Source of the DNA: Coprothermobacterota bacterium
GTDB taxonomy: Bacteria > Coprothermobacterota > HKB111
Length of the DNA stretch: 64,000 nucleotides
Direction: 5' to 3'
NCBI GenBank assembly: GCA_037440465.1
Contig: JBBIUB010000001.1
Span: 32,001-96,000, forward strand
The translations under genes and the position numbers were made by a program. The notes beneath the pieces were generated by a model. The model was not told the DNA's origin. It did not search any database and saw only the letters and a program-made list of their open reading frames with translations. The first letter of the stretch is position 1. Every line of letters starts with the position of its first letter. This document shows, piece after piece, positions 1 to 9,364 of this stretch.

Positions 1-1041
1 TCCCCTGGCAAAGGTTAGGGCTATAGATACAGAATTAATCAGAAGGACAAGTCCCCATAATACCCTTTTACTCCATTGTTTTGATGCCAGTAGCAAGCTA
101 ATTGAAGTACCAATACCGAATAAAAGATAACCAGCTAGAAAGTTAGGGCTTCCAATAATAGAGAAAGCCCTGGTTCTAATAATAAGCGCTTCATAATCAA
201 CATCTACCCATCCGACGGGCATGTCAAATCCAAGAACATATTGAAAAATACCTATAACTCCCAAAAACAAGCAGCTAACAGCAATGAAAGAAAAGACTTT
301 TTCTGGTTTTTTGTCGATTTTTAGGAAAATGTAAATTACAAAGAAAATTAAGGTAGGTAAAGTTATACTTCTTAACCCTTCTATATTGATAAATAGAGGG
401 TAAGGAGATAAAAAGGCGCTTAAAATGATTAAATAGTAAAACAATAACAAATAAAAACCATAGGCTGGAAACTTTACCTTATACTTAATACCTAAAATAA
501 AAGTGAGGGATAGGAAAATTAATAGAAATATTTCATCCCAGTATCCTCTTAATGAAGTAAAACGTCTAAAAAATAAGTCAAAGAAGGGAAAGAAAGCCCA
601 AAAAGGTACAGCAATATTCCTCATTAATTCTGTCCACCAATTTTGAAGGGTATTAATAATAACACTGTTTTTTATAGGAGATAATTCATAAAAAATATAT
701 ATTAAGAAGAAAAATAAAGAAATACCAAAAATCACAAAGAAAGTAGCAAGTGATACACCCCAGTACTTTAATATTATTATGTTGCCAATAATTAAAATAA
801 ACGCAATTATTAATGATAAATCTCTAAAAGATAATTGTACGAAATACTCATATCCTTTTAAAACCAGGGAATATATTAAAGAAGATTCTAAATATCTATT
901 AAGTTTTGAATAATAATATTTTGATGAAGAATTATCAATAATCTCAACGAAAGGGACCTTTGGTTTTTTTCTAAACCAGTTGAGGATAATACTTCCTTTA
1001 AAAAGTTGAATAAAAAAGCTATCTCCTGAAAATATACTCAT
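1..1041 (-). CDS. O-antigen ligase/polymerase (Wzy_C/WaaL/IctB-like) membrane protein, 3' end outside window
   Basis: Not in the ORF track because it runs off the edge. Manual translation from ATG at 1041 gives a hydrophobic protein with GIFQYVLG...RAFSIIGSPNFLAGYL...TFARG, typical of the O-antigen ligase family. It overlaps the LCP stop. Confidence 0.75.
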   Translation of the reverse strand, partial: MSIFSGDSFFIQLFKGSIILNWFRKKPKVPFVEIIDNSSSKYYYSKLNRYLESSLIYSLVLKGYEYFVQLSFRDLSLIIAFILIIGNIIILKYWGVSLATFFVIFGISLFFFLIYIFYELSPIKNSVIINTLQNWWTELMRNIAVPFWAFFPFFDLFFRRFTSLRGYWDEIFLLIFLSLTFILGIKYKVKFPAYGFYLLLFYYLIILSAFLSPYPLFINIEGLRSITLPTLIFFVIYIFLKIDKKPEKVFSFIAVSCLFLGVIGIFQYVLGFDMPVGWVDVDYEALIIRTRAFSIIGSPNFLAGYLLFGIGTSISLLLASKQWSKRVLWGLVLLINSVSIALTFARG

Positions 1042-1903
1042 TTTTTATCCTGATTAACTCTGATTCATCAAGAACCCAATAATCAAGACCGCCGATATTC
1101 TGACCTCTGCCAGGAATTGTTTTGAATACCACATCTTCTAAAGTAATACTTCTCAATGATAAAGCAAGAGGAATAAGGTTTTTATTAGGAAGGTCTGTAC
1201 GAACATAATTGTAAAATATTCCACTCAATTGTCGTATTTGAAGTAACCTCTCAGGTTTTAAGAATTCTTTAATAAACGCTTTAAAGAATTCCTGTTGAAC
1301 TTTAATTCTGTCAATATCACCCGTAGGGTAATGCCTGAAACGCAAAACACCCAGCGATTGCTCTCCAGTTAAATTATAAGTTCCAGCTGGTACATATATA
1401 TGAGGTTCTGTCAGATTATCTCTAAGTTCCTGACTAACTGTAAAAGGTACTCCCCCTAACTCATCTACTAATAACTTAAAGGCTTCAAAGTTAATCTCAG
1501 CATAATAATCAACCTCCACATCAAGAAGTTTTCCAATTGTTTCTCTAAGAAGTGAGATTCCCCCATAAACTCTCGCATGATTTACTTTCTGAAAACCATA
1601 ATCAGGTATTTCTACTCTACTATCCCTTGGTATAGATATACCATAAGCTATATCTTCCTTTGTTTGAATGGAAACAAGAAGGATAATATCTGAGCGTGCT
1701 TTCTCTAAACCATTGTGACCATCTATGCCACTAACAAGAATGTTTAAAGCAGAAGGTATCCTGCCTTCCTCGCTAATAACTCCAAGAGATTTGAAGGATA
1801 AAGAAGAGAAAAATGAATAAAAACCCCAGGTTTCATAGATTAAAAGAGTCATGCTGCAAAAAAGAAGTACTATTATTATAAAACTACGATTTAATTTTAT
1901 CAT
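1019..1903 (-). CDS. LCP (LytR-CpsA-Psr) family glycopolymer transferase
   Basis: N-terminal TM helix; NILVSGID, RSDIILL, ISIPRDS and RFRH...GDIDRIKVQQ motifs. Confidence 0.92.
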   Translation of the reverse strand: MIKLNRSFIIIVLLFCSMTLLIYETWGFYSFFSSLSFKSLGVISEEGRIPSALNILVSGIDGHNGLEKARSDIILLVSIQTKEDIAYGISIPRDSRVEIPDYGFQKVNHARVYGGISLLRETIGKLLDVEVDYYAEINFEAFKLLVDELGGVPFTVSQELRDNLTEPHIYVPAGTYNLTGEQSLGVLRFRHYPTGDIDRIKVQQEFFKAFIKEFLKPERLLQIRQLSGIFYNYVRTDLPNKNLIPLALSLRSITLEDVVFKTIPGRGQNIGGLDYWVLDESELIRIKNEYIFRR

Positions 1904-3464
1904 TAGAAGATCTCCTGATTATATGAATATATTGCTTGAGAACATCAGATTTCAATAGATAATTAGCAAAAAGGTAAATTAATACTCCGACTACAATATT
2001 ACCTGATACTTCAATCAACCTAAGCCTTAAAGAAAAAGTTTCCAATTTAAAAGTAAGGTAAGGTGAAAGAAAGTATAATGATACTCCCATAAGTAAACTA
2101 CTGAATACAGTTTTAAGTAGTTCTTCCACTCTAATGCTCATACCAAGCCCTTTAAGTCTTGGCCTTAAAAAAACAACAAGAAGAATAAGAAGAAAGAATG
2201 CTCCCAATGATGAACCTAAAGCCAATCCAGATACTCCCCAGATTTTTGCAAAGAAATAATACATTATAGTCTGGACAAGTATGGTAATAACACCGAGAAA
2301 GGTTGGTATTTTTGGTTCCTGAAGGGAATAAAAAGCCCTAATAAAAATACTATTTACACCATGAGCCCAAACACCGAGACTATATACTTTTAATACAGAA
2401 GCTGTTACCAGGGCTGCTTCTCTGGTAAATTCTCCCCATTCAAAAAGGAGTCTAACTATAGGGTAACTTAATAGGAAGATTCCCACAGCAGCGGGGAGTA
2501 GGAAAAATGAAGTTGCAGAAACACCCCAGGAAAGGTTTTTTTTCAATGTTAAATAATCTTCCTCTGCTGCACTCTTTGAAAGTGTGGGTAAAAGAACTGT
2601 AGAGATAGCCAAACCAAAGAGCGCATAAGGAAGTTGTATAATGCGAGAAGCTACTCCCACAATTGTTATGGCACCTTCACCAATAAGTGAAGCAATTGCT
2701 TTTTCAATGATGGGATTAATTTGATATATTGCTAATCCAAGAAGAACTGGCATGCTCATTATAACAACTTTTTTTATGCCAGGATGCTTGAAGTTTATCC
2801 CACTTCTAAAATCGTGTCTAACTAAATGTAAGGTCCATCCCAGAATAAACCATGTTGTAAGACTTCCTATAACTAATCCCCAGGAAGTGCTAACTATCCC
2901 AATTAAAGAAGCTCCTATAAGTATTGTTAGTACTATACATCCATTAAATAACAACCCGGATAGTGAAGGTGCTCGGAAATCTCCTCTACAATGAAGAGTA
3001 GCCATAAAACCTCCAGCCCCTACTAAAGGGAGAATACCTATGGATGCTATCCTTAAAAGAGATATTGTCAACTCTTTTCCTTCAGCGGACATAAAGGGAG
3101 CAAGAATTAAAGTTAAAGTAGGAGCAAAAACAATTGAAAGAAAGGCGAGAATTCCTCCTATAATGAGAAGGCCAAGAAAAAAAGTATTAGATAGAATTTC
3201 AAAAATTTTTCCTTTTTCTCTTGATAGAACAGGTACAAAAGATGAGGTTACAATGCCTCCAGTAAGAAGAGCATAAAGGAGAAGGGGGAATGTAAGAGCT
3301 ACCATATATGCATCAGTAAAAATAGACTTGCCATAAAGACTGGTAACAAGTAAATCTCTGAAGTAACCCAAAACCCTACCAGCAATTATTCCAAGCATTA
3401 AGAAGGTACTATTTAATACCAGAGAATGGGAAATAACATCCATTTGTGGTGATTCTTGATTCAT
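1884..3464 (-). CDS. murJ: Lipid II flippase MurJ (MviN)
   Basis: GRVLGYFRD, DAY, SFVP, RIIQLP, FEWGEF and RAFYS motifs; many TM segments. Confidence 0.9.
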   Translation of the reverse strand: MNQESPQMDVISHSLVLNSTFLMLGIIAGRVLGYFRDLLVTSLYGKSIFTDAYMVALTFPLLLYALLTGGIVTSSFVPVLSREKGKIFEILSNTFFLGLLIIGGILAFLSIVFAPTLTLILAPFMSAEGKELTISLLRIASIGILPLVGAGGFMATLHCRGDFRAPSLSGLLFNGCIVLTILIGASLIGIVSTSWGLVIGSLTTWFILGWTLHLVRHDFRSGINFKHPGIKKVVIMSMPVLLGLAIYQINPIIEKAIASLIGEGAITIVGVASRIIQLPYALFGLAISTVLLPTLSKSAAEEDYLTLKKNLSWGVSATSFFLLPAAVGIFLLSYPIVRLLFEWGEFTREAALVTASVLKVYSLGVWAHGVNSIFIRAFYSLQEPKIPTFLGVITILVQTIMYYFFAKIWGVSGLALGSSLGAFFLLILLVVFLRPRLKGLGMSIRVEELLKTVFSSLLMGVSLYFLSPYLTFKLETFSLRLRLIEVSGNIVVGVLIYLFANYLLKSDVLKQYIHIIRRSSNDKIKS

Positions 3465-3505
3465 TTATAACTGATTCCGGTAAGTTATTATCTTGTTTTT
3501 GGACA

Positions 3506-3961
3506 CTACTCGACTGGTTTTACAGATAATATAGTGACTTCTATTTTACCCTTATTGGTCTCTAAGGGTACTCTCGCCCCTGCTTTTATTGAATGGCGAT
3601 TGTATACTAAAACACCAGCTGGGATTGGAACAAGGATTTTTGATTTAAACCTGACGCTCTTCATTACAGGGTGTTTACTCCAGTGAATTTTTCCATCTGC
3701 TGCGAAGACAGTTAAGTAGCTATCTTCTAAAGATAGTTCTACGATCTCCATTACCGCCCTACCTGTAGAATCAATAATCTTGTCTCCAACATGAATACTT
3801 GAAGCTACTTCCGGGTGAAGGTGAAGAGAAAGTGATTCAACTAAATAAGGTTGAAACTGTAAAAGAGAAGATTCTTTCTTCATAAATTTCCAAGCACCAA
3901 GAGAAATAATTCCTATGATCACACAAATAATAATCAAGTCAAAAAGATTAAATTTCTTCAT
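3506..3961 (-). CDS. DUF4330-like membrane-anchored protein
   Basis: Likely start MKKFNLFDLIII at 3961 with an upstream GGAGG. The KFNxxDxxII plus TM pattern and the envelope-cluster context fit this family. Confidence 0.6.
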   Translation of the reverse strand: MKKFNLFDLIIICVIIGIISLGAWKFMKKESSLLQFQPYLVESLSLHLHPEVASSIHVGDKIIDSTGRAVMEIVELSLEDSYLTVFAADGKIHWSKHPVMKSVRFKSKILVPIPAGVLVYNRHSIKAGARVPLETNKGKIEVTILSVKPVE

Positions 3962-5228
3962 TAGCCTTAACCTCCTCTTTTGAAGAAGAAATATCTGCAC
4001 CAAGGTTTTTTAGTTTGCCTATCATGTTTTCATAACCTCTATGAATATGTTCAGTACCATATATTCGAGTTTCACCTTCAGCTGATAAACCAGCAAGAAC
4101 AAGAGCGCTACCTGCTCTTATGTCAGTCGCTTCTACATCAGCACTGAATAATTTATCTACTCCCTGAATAACTGCTTGTCTTCCTTCAACAGCTATCTGC
4201 GCACCCATCTTGTTTAATTCTCTAACATGTTGAAAACGACTCTCAAAAACTGTTTCTACAACTAACGAAGTTCCTTCGGAAACAGCAAGAAGAGTAGTCA
4301 TCTGGGGTTGAAGGTCAGTCGGAAAACCAGGGAAAGGTAAGGTTTTAATATTTGTTGCCATGGGTTTCTCTTTGGCAATTGCTCTGATGTGAGTACCATT
4401 CTGTATCATTACCTGTATTCCCATCTCCTTTAGCTTATATAGTAAAGGATTTAAAAATCTTGGGTCTACATCTTTGACAGTCACATCTCCTCTCGTTAAA
4501 ACTCCACCAATCAGAAAAGTCCCTGCTTCAAGTGGATCTGAAGGAAGGGGAAAGATAACAGGAGAAAGCTTTTCTACCCCTTTAATCCTTAAAGTATGAC
4601 TACCCAAACCCCAAATTTTTACACCACAAGTTTTAAGGAAATTACCAAGATCTACAACCTGGGGTTCTTGTGCAGCATTATCTATGACAACTTCTTTTGG
4701 TAAAAGAGACGCAAAAAGCATCAGGTTTTCAGTAGCTCCTACACTCGGGTAATCAAGGTAAACCCGGTTAGCCTTTTTAGCCATCACTTTAGCATGGATT
4801 AAACCAGATGAAAGGTCAAATTTAACGCCCAGAGCTTCTAAGCCTTTAATATGAAGATCTATGGGGCGTTGTCCAATATTACATCCACCAGGATAAGGTA
4901 AAAAAACCTCTCCTTCCCTTGCAAGCATCGCACCAAGAAGGAAAATGGAGCCTCTAATTGTAGAGAAAATAGGGTTAGATATCTCTTTCTTTAATCTTCC
5001 CGGAACTTTTATTTTTATCTGATGTTTTTCTGGTAATGCTTTTATCTTACAACCAAGTTCTTCTTGTAGCTTAAGCATAATCTGGGCATCTCCAACGTTT
5101 GGAGAATTGGTAAATACCCAGCTACCTTCAGACAATAGAGCTCCAGCTAATACTGGTAGAGCTGTATTTTTGGCCCCAGCTGGTTTCACAACTCCACTTA
5201 GCCTTGAACCTCCAATTATTTTAATCAT
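3948..5228 (-). CDS. murA: UDP-N-acetylglucosamine 1-carboxyvinyltransferase
   Basis: GAKN, PGGCNIGQRPIDLH (catalytic Cys), SVGATEN, PFPGFPTDLQ and DIRAG motifs. Start moved to ATG 5228 after AAGGAGG. Confidence 0.97.
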   Translation of the reverse strand: MIKIIGGSRLSGVVKPAGAKNTALPVLAGALLSEGSWVFTNSPNVGDAQIMLKLQEELGCKIKALPEKHQIKIKVPGRLKKEISNPIFSTIRGSIFLLGAMLAREGEVFLPYPGGCNIGQRPIDLHIKGLEALGVKFDLSSGLIHAKVMAKKANRVYLDYPSVGATENLMLFASLLPKEVVIDNAAQEPQVVDLGNFLKTCGVKIWGLGSHTLRIKGVEKLSPVIFPLPSDPLEAGTFLIGGVLTRGDVTVKDVDPRFLNPLLYKLKEMGIQVMIQNGTHIRAIAKEKPMATNIKTLPFPGFPTDLQPQMTTLLAVSEGTSLVVETVFESRFQHVRELNKMGAQIAVEGRQAVIQGVDKLFSADVEATDIRAGSALVLAGLSAEGETRIYGTEHIHRGYENMIGKLKNLGADISSSKEEVKANEEI

Positions 5229-6366
5229 TATTGCAACCTCCTTTTTTAAATTCATCCGGTTTATGTGGAGAAAGCCCTAAGAACCATTTTATACCTTGAA
5301 TAACTCTTTGAGAAGCCATTCCATCACCAAAAGGATTATCCCCTATTCTTGCAAATTTATCAAAGGGAATATTCAAGATTTTGACTACATTATTATATAC
5401 ATCTTTTCTATTTAAGCCACTTATAAAAATAAAACCTGTTTCAACACCTTCTGGTCTCTCTGTAACCCTTCTCGTTAATACAAGGGGTTTTTTAAGATAG
5501 GTCACCTCCTCCTGAATTCCACCTGAATCTGTAATTATTAAGCGTGATTTTTGTATAAGTCGAACGAAATTCTCATAACTCTGTGGTGGTACCATCTTTA
5601 CCTTGGAACAGTCACTAAAAATTTCTTCAGCCACTTTTTTAACCTTTGGGTTTGGGTGAACTGGAAAGATTACTTTTATATATGGGAAACTATCAAGGAC
5701 ATCTTTTATACCAAGAAGAATTTCCTTCATAGGAGAACCCCAACTTTCCCTACGGTGAACTTCCAGAAGAATAAAATCATCAAATATTTCTTCTTTATCA
5801 ACTTTATCTTTAGTATTCTCAAGAATCCACTTCAAGGCATCTATAACAGTATTACCAGTAACTAATATAGATTCACCAGAAATACCTTCAGATAAGAGGT
5901 TTCTTTTAGCAATTGAAGTTGGTGCAAAGTGTAAATTTGTAAGAATACCTGTTAAAATCCTGTTAGCTTCCTCTGGGAAGGGTTCTCTAATAGAACCACT
6001 CCGTAAACCAGCTTCTATATGAGCTAAAGGAATGTTTCGATAAAATGATGTAAGAGCTCCTGCAAAGGCAGTTGTGGTATCTCCTTGCACTACAACCATA
6101 ACTGGCTTTTCATTTACCATTATACTATTTAAACCTTTAAGAGATTCTACAGTAATATCCATTAAATCCTGATTTTCCTTCATGATGTTAAGGTCTTGAT
6201 TTACTGAAATACTGAATGTAGATAGAACCTGGTCTAATAAATTCCGATGCTGTGCTGTTAGAACAACAACAGGTTCAAGGTCAGGATCTTTCTTCATTGC
6301 CATAATCACTGGAGCAAGTTTTATTGCTTCTGGTCTTGTCCCAAACACAAATAACACTTTAACCAT
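5221..6366 (-). CDS. wecB: UDP-N-acetylglucosamine 2-epimerase (non-hydrolysing)
   Basis: GTRPEAIK, QGDT, HIEAGLRS, PFPEE, HRRE and TDSGGIQEE motifs. Confidence 0.96.
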   Translation of the reverse strand: MVKVLFVFGTRPEAIKLAPVIMAMKKDPDLEPVVVLTAQHRNLLDQVLSTFSISVNQDLNIMKENQDLMDITVESLKGLNSIMVNEKPVMVVVQGDTTTAFAGALTSFYRNIPLAHIEAGLRSGSIREPFPEEANRILTGILTNLHFAPTSIAKRNLLSEGISGESILVTGNTVIDALKWILENTKDKVDKEEIFDDFILLEVHRRESWGSPMKEILLGIKDVLDSFPYIKVIFPVHPNPKVKKVAEEIFSDCSKVKMVPPQSYENFVRLIQKSRLIITDSGGIQEEVTYLKKPLVLTRRVTERPEGVETGFIFISGLNRKDVYNNVVKILNIPFDKFARIGDNPFGDGMASQRVIQGIKWFLGLSPHKPDEFKKGGCNND

Positions 6367-6368
6367 TT

Positions 6369-7316
6369 CTACCTAATACCTACATATACAGCCAGATAAG
6401 CCAGAGAAGCAGAAATAATATACAGAAATATAGTTACCTGTAATGGGCTAAATCCGAGAGAAAGTAAACGGTGATGAATATGTCCTTTATCAGCCTCAAA
6501 AACAGAAACTCCTTTTAATTTTCTTCTTATTATTGCATAAGCTACATCTAATATAGGAAGCGCAAGAATAATAAGAGATGCAGCTAATACTGTTATAGTA
6601 GTTCTTTTAAGGGCTCCAAGAATGCTGATAGCACTTAATAAATATCCAAGAGTCAAAGCACCACTATCCCCTAAGAATATACGTGCTTTGGGGAAATTAT
6701 ATATTAAAAAACCAAGCAGAGAACCTGCGATTATTATACTCAAATAAGCAACTTCCGTTATCCCTTTACTTCTGGCAATAGTATGAAAAGCAAAGCTCGA
6801 AATAATTACAACACCAGATGAAAGACCATCAAGACCATCTATAAAATTTATAGCATTTGATACCCCTACTACCCACAGAATAGTTAGAGGGTATTTAATT
6901 CCATCAAAAGCTAAATAACCCCAGGGAGTATTGACACCACGGATAAACACTCCACAAGCTACAAGTACTACGGCTCCTGCTATCTGTCCAATAAATTTAT
7001 GTCTCGCTCTTAGGTGATATTTATCATCCAAAACACCTGTGATCCAGAAAATCAATCCTCCAGTAATGATACCGACAATCTCTAAATCCCTGATACCAAA
7101 AATTATTAGAGTAATTATGGAAATTAAGGGGTATAAAAATAGACCTCCTGAACGAGGTAATGGTTTATTGTGGACTCTCCTTGGTGACGGAAGATCCATA
7201 AAACCCCATCGTCGTCCAAAATAAATAAAAATGGGTGTTAGTAAGATAGAAGCTAACAGTGCAATACAAAAATAGATTGAATAATTATTTAGTACCAAAT
7301 AATCTATCTCCAGCAT
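6369..7316 (-). CDS. Undecaprenyl-phosphate GlcNAc-1-P transferase (TagO/WecA, MraY-like family)
   Basis: GVLDD, NAINFIDGLDGL, YNFPKARIFLGDSG and DKGHIHHRL motifs; exact start uncertain. Confidence 0.93.
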   Translation of the reverse strand: MLEIDYLVLNNYSIYFCIALLASILLTPIFIYFGRRWGFMDLPSPRRVHNKPLPRSGGLFLYPLISIITLIIFGIRDLEIVGIITGGLIFWITGVLDDKYHLRARHKFIGQIAGAVVLVACGVFIRGVNTPWGYLAFDGIKYPLTILWVVGVSNAINFIDGLDGLSSGVVIISSFAFHTIARSKGITEVAYLSIIIAGSLLGFLIYNFPKARIFLGDSGALTLGYLLSAISILGALKRTTITVLAASLIILALPILDVAYAIIRRKLKGVSVFEADKGHIHHRLLSLGFSPLQVTIFLYIISASLAYLAVYVGIR

Positions 7317-7914
7317 CTCCTAAACCAGGAATAATATAACCCTTTTCGTTTAAACTATCATCAACTGCTGCAGTATAAATGTCCACTTGTGGATGGGTTT
7401 CTTGAAGATTTCTTATGCCCTCTGGAGCAGCGAGTATGCAAACAAAGCTGATCTTAGCAGCTCCCCTTTGCTTTAGTAGGTTTATGGTTTCGACTGCTGA
7501 ACCCCCAGTAGCAAGCATTGGATCAACCACTATGACATAAGTATCTTTGTTTAAATTCGGAGTTTTTATATAATAAGTTACTGGTTTCAAGGTTTCATGA
7601 TCACGATATATACCAACATGACCTACCTTAGCAGTGGGGAGAAGTTTTAAAATTCCTTCAGCTAAAACGGTACCAGCCCTTAATATTGGTACTACAACAA
7701 CCTCTTTGAAATTAACCTGGCTTCCTTTTGTTTTAGTAAGAGGTGTTTCTATGTCTATTTCCTGGGTTTTAAAGCCACGGCTAATCTCATAAGTAAGAAA
7801 CTGAGCAATTTCTGAAGTCAGTTCCCTGAATTCTTTCGGACCTGTATTTTTATCTCTTAGAATCGTTAACTTATGCTGAATAACCGGATGGTTATTGATA
7901 AAAACCCTTTTCAT
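7285..7914 (-). CDS. upp: Uracil phosphoribosyltransferase
   Basis: PILRAG, DPMLATGGS and YIIPGLGDAGDRLFGTK motifs. Confidence 0.97.
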   Translation of the reverse strand: MKRVFINNHPVIQHKLTILRDKNTGPKEFRELTSEIAQFLTYEISRGFKTQEIDIETPLTKTKGSQVNFKEVVVVPILRAGTVLAEGILKLLPTAKVGHVGIYRDHETLKPVTYYIKTPNLNKDTYVIVVDPMLATGGSAVETINLLKQRGAAKISFVCILAAPEGIRNLQETHPQVDIYTAAVDDSLNEKGYIIPGLGDAGDRLFGTK

Positions 7915-8360
7915 TTAAAATTTTCCTCCTCAATCGTTTTAATTTTTGATAACCTAACTTCATGCCTACCTCCAGAATAAGAAGACTGTAACCATTCTCT
8001 TAAAGTAATAAGAGCCAGGTCTGGCCCAATAACCCCACCCCCAAAACAAATAATATTCGTATCATTATGCTCTTTAGATAGCCTGGCAGTAAAAGGTTCA
8101 TAAGCTACAAAAGCCCTTATGTTCTTAACTTTATTGGCAGTTATGCACATGCCAATGCCAGTCCAACAAATAAGAACTCCCCTATCTGCATCTCCATTTC
8201 CTACTGCTCGTGCTACAGTTAAAGCAAAATCTATATAATCAACAGTTTCGTCAGTATTGGTTCCATAATCTGTAACATCACAACCTTCACCCTCAAGAAA
8301 GGCTTTTATTCTCTCTTTAAGATAAACACCCCTGTGATCTGAACCTAAAGCAATCTTCAC
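7911..8360 (-). CDS. rpiB: Ribose-5-phosphate isomerase B
   Basis: GSDHRG, DY, CWTGIGM, ANKV, HND and GRH..R motifs; usual rpiB-upp adjacency. Confidence 0.92.
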   Translation of the reverse strand: MKIALGSDHRGVYLKERIKAFLEGEGCDVTDYGTNTDETVDYIDFALTVARAVGNGDADRGVLICWTGIGMCITANKVKNIRAFVAYEPFTARLSKEHNDTNIICFGGGVIGPDLALITLREWLQSSYSGGRHEVRLSKIKTIEEENFK

Positions 8361-8364
8361 GAAA

Positions 8365-9207
8365 TCAAATTAAATAGGTAAACCCAACACCTACTGTGCC
8401 TGGACCAACATGAGTACCGACAACCGGTCCAACTTCCCAGATGGGAATTTCACTACTTAAACCAGATAACTTTTCTCTTATTTGATTCGCAACCTCAAAT
8501 GCTTGAACGTGGATCACAGCAAGACGAAACTTACCAGGTGCTTCTTTTATTCCTTTCTTTGTATCATCAACCAAACGATTTATGGCTTTTTCTTTTGTCC
8601 TTACCTTATCGTAAGTCTCTACAACTTTCTTGATTGAGAGGATAGGCTTAAGCTGCAACATAGAACCAATAAGAGCTTGAGCACCACCAATCCTTCCACC
8701 TTTGTGAAGATACTCCAGAGTATCAACCAAAAATAACAATTTTGTATTATCTCTCATATAATCAAGGTGGGCTATAACATCTTCAACAGATAGTCCTTCT
8801 TTCAATAAATTGTAGGCTTCCTCAACCTGAAATCTGAGGCCACAGGATGTATACCAGGAATCAAAAACATCAATATTCTCACTTGCTAAAATGTTTTTAG
8901 CTAACAAAGCAGATTGAACCGTACCACTTATTCCTGCTGAAATATGAATAGAAAGAATCCTATCCACACCCTGAGATAAAAGTTCTTTGTAAGTAATTTC
9001 GAATTCTCCTGCTGAAGGCTGAGAAGTTGTTGGTAATATTTTGGTAGTCTTTAACGAGGCAAAATATTCTTTCCAGTCTAACTCATCCTCGTTCACACTC
9101 TTACCATCCGGGAATATTATTTTTAAAGGGATAACTTTCAGATTTAACTCTTTAATCTCCTGGGGTGTAAAATAACTTGTACCATCTGTAACCAAGCCAA
9201 CTTTCAT
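8365..9207 (-). CDS. DegV family fatty-acid-binding protein (FakB-like)
   Basis: PTTSQPS, SGT, LHKGGRI, KPIL and HVGPG motifs. Confidence 0.93.
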   Translation of the reverse strand: MKVGLVTDGTSYFTPQEIKELNLKVIPLKIIFPDGKSVNEDELDWKEYFASLKTTKILPTTSQPSAGEFEITYKELLSQGVDRILSIHISAGISGTVQSALLAKNILASENIDVFDSWYTSCGLRFQVEEAYNLLKEGLSVEDVIAHLDYMRDNTKLLFLVDTLEYLHKGGRIGGAQALIGSMLQLKPILSIKKVVETYDKVRTKEKAINRLVDDTKKGIKEAPGKFRLAVIHVQAFEVANQIREKLSGLSSEIPIWEVGPVVGTHVGPGTVGVGFTYLI

Positions 9208-9230
9208 TATCCTACCTCCTATTTTGTTTT

Positions 9231-9306
9231 TGGTGCGCCCGAGAGGATTCGAACCTCCAGCCTACGGCTCCGGAGGCCGTCGCTCTATCCATTGAGCTAC
9301 GAGCGC
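9231..9306 (-). tRNA. tRNA-Arg(CCG)
   Basis: The reverse complement GCGCTCGTAGCTCAATGGATAGAGCGACGGCCTCCGGAGCCGTAGGCTGGAGGTTCGAATCCTCTCGGGCGCACCA folds as a cloverleaf with anticodon CCG and encoded CCA. Confidence 0.97.
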
Positions 9307-9364
9307 TTTATCCATCTTTTAATTATACCCTACTCAGTTTCTTATTAAAAACCTTTTTTATTAT

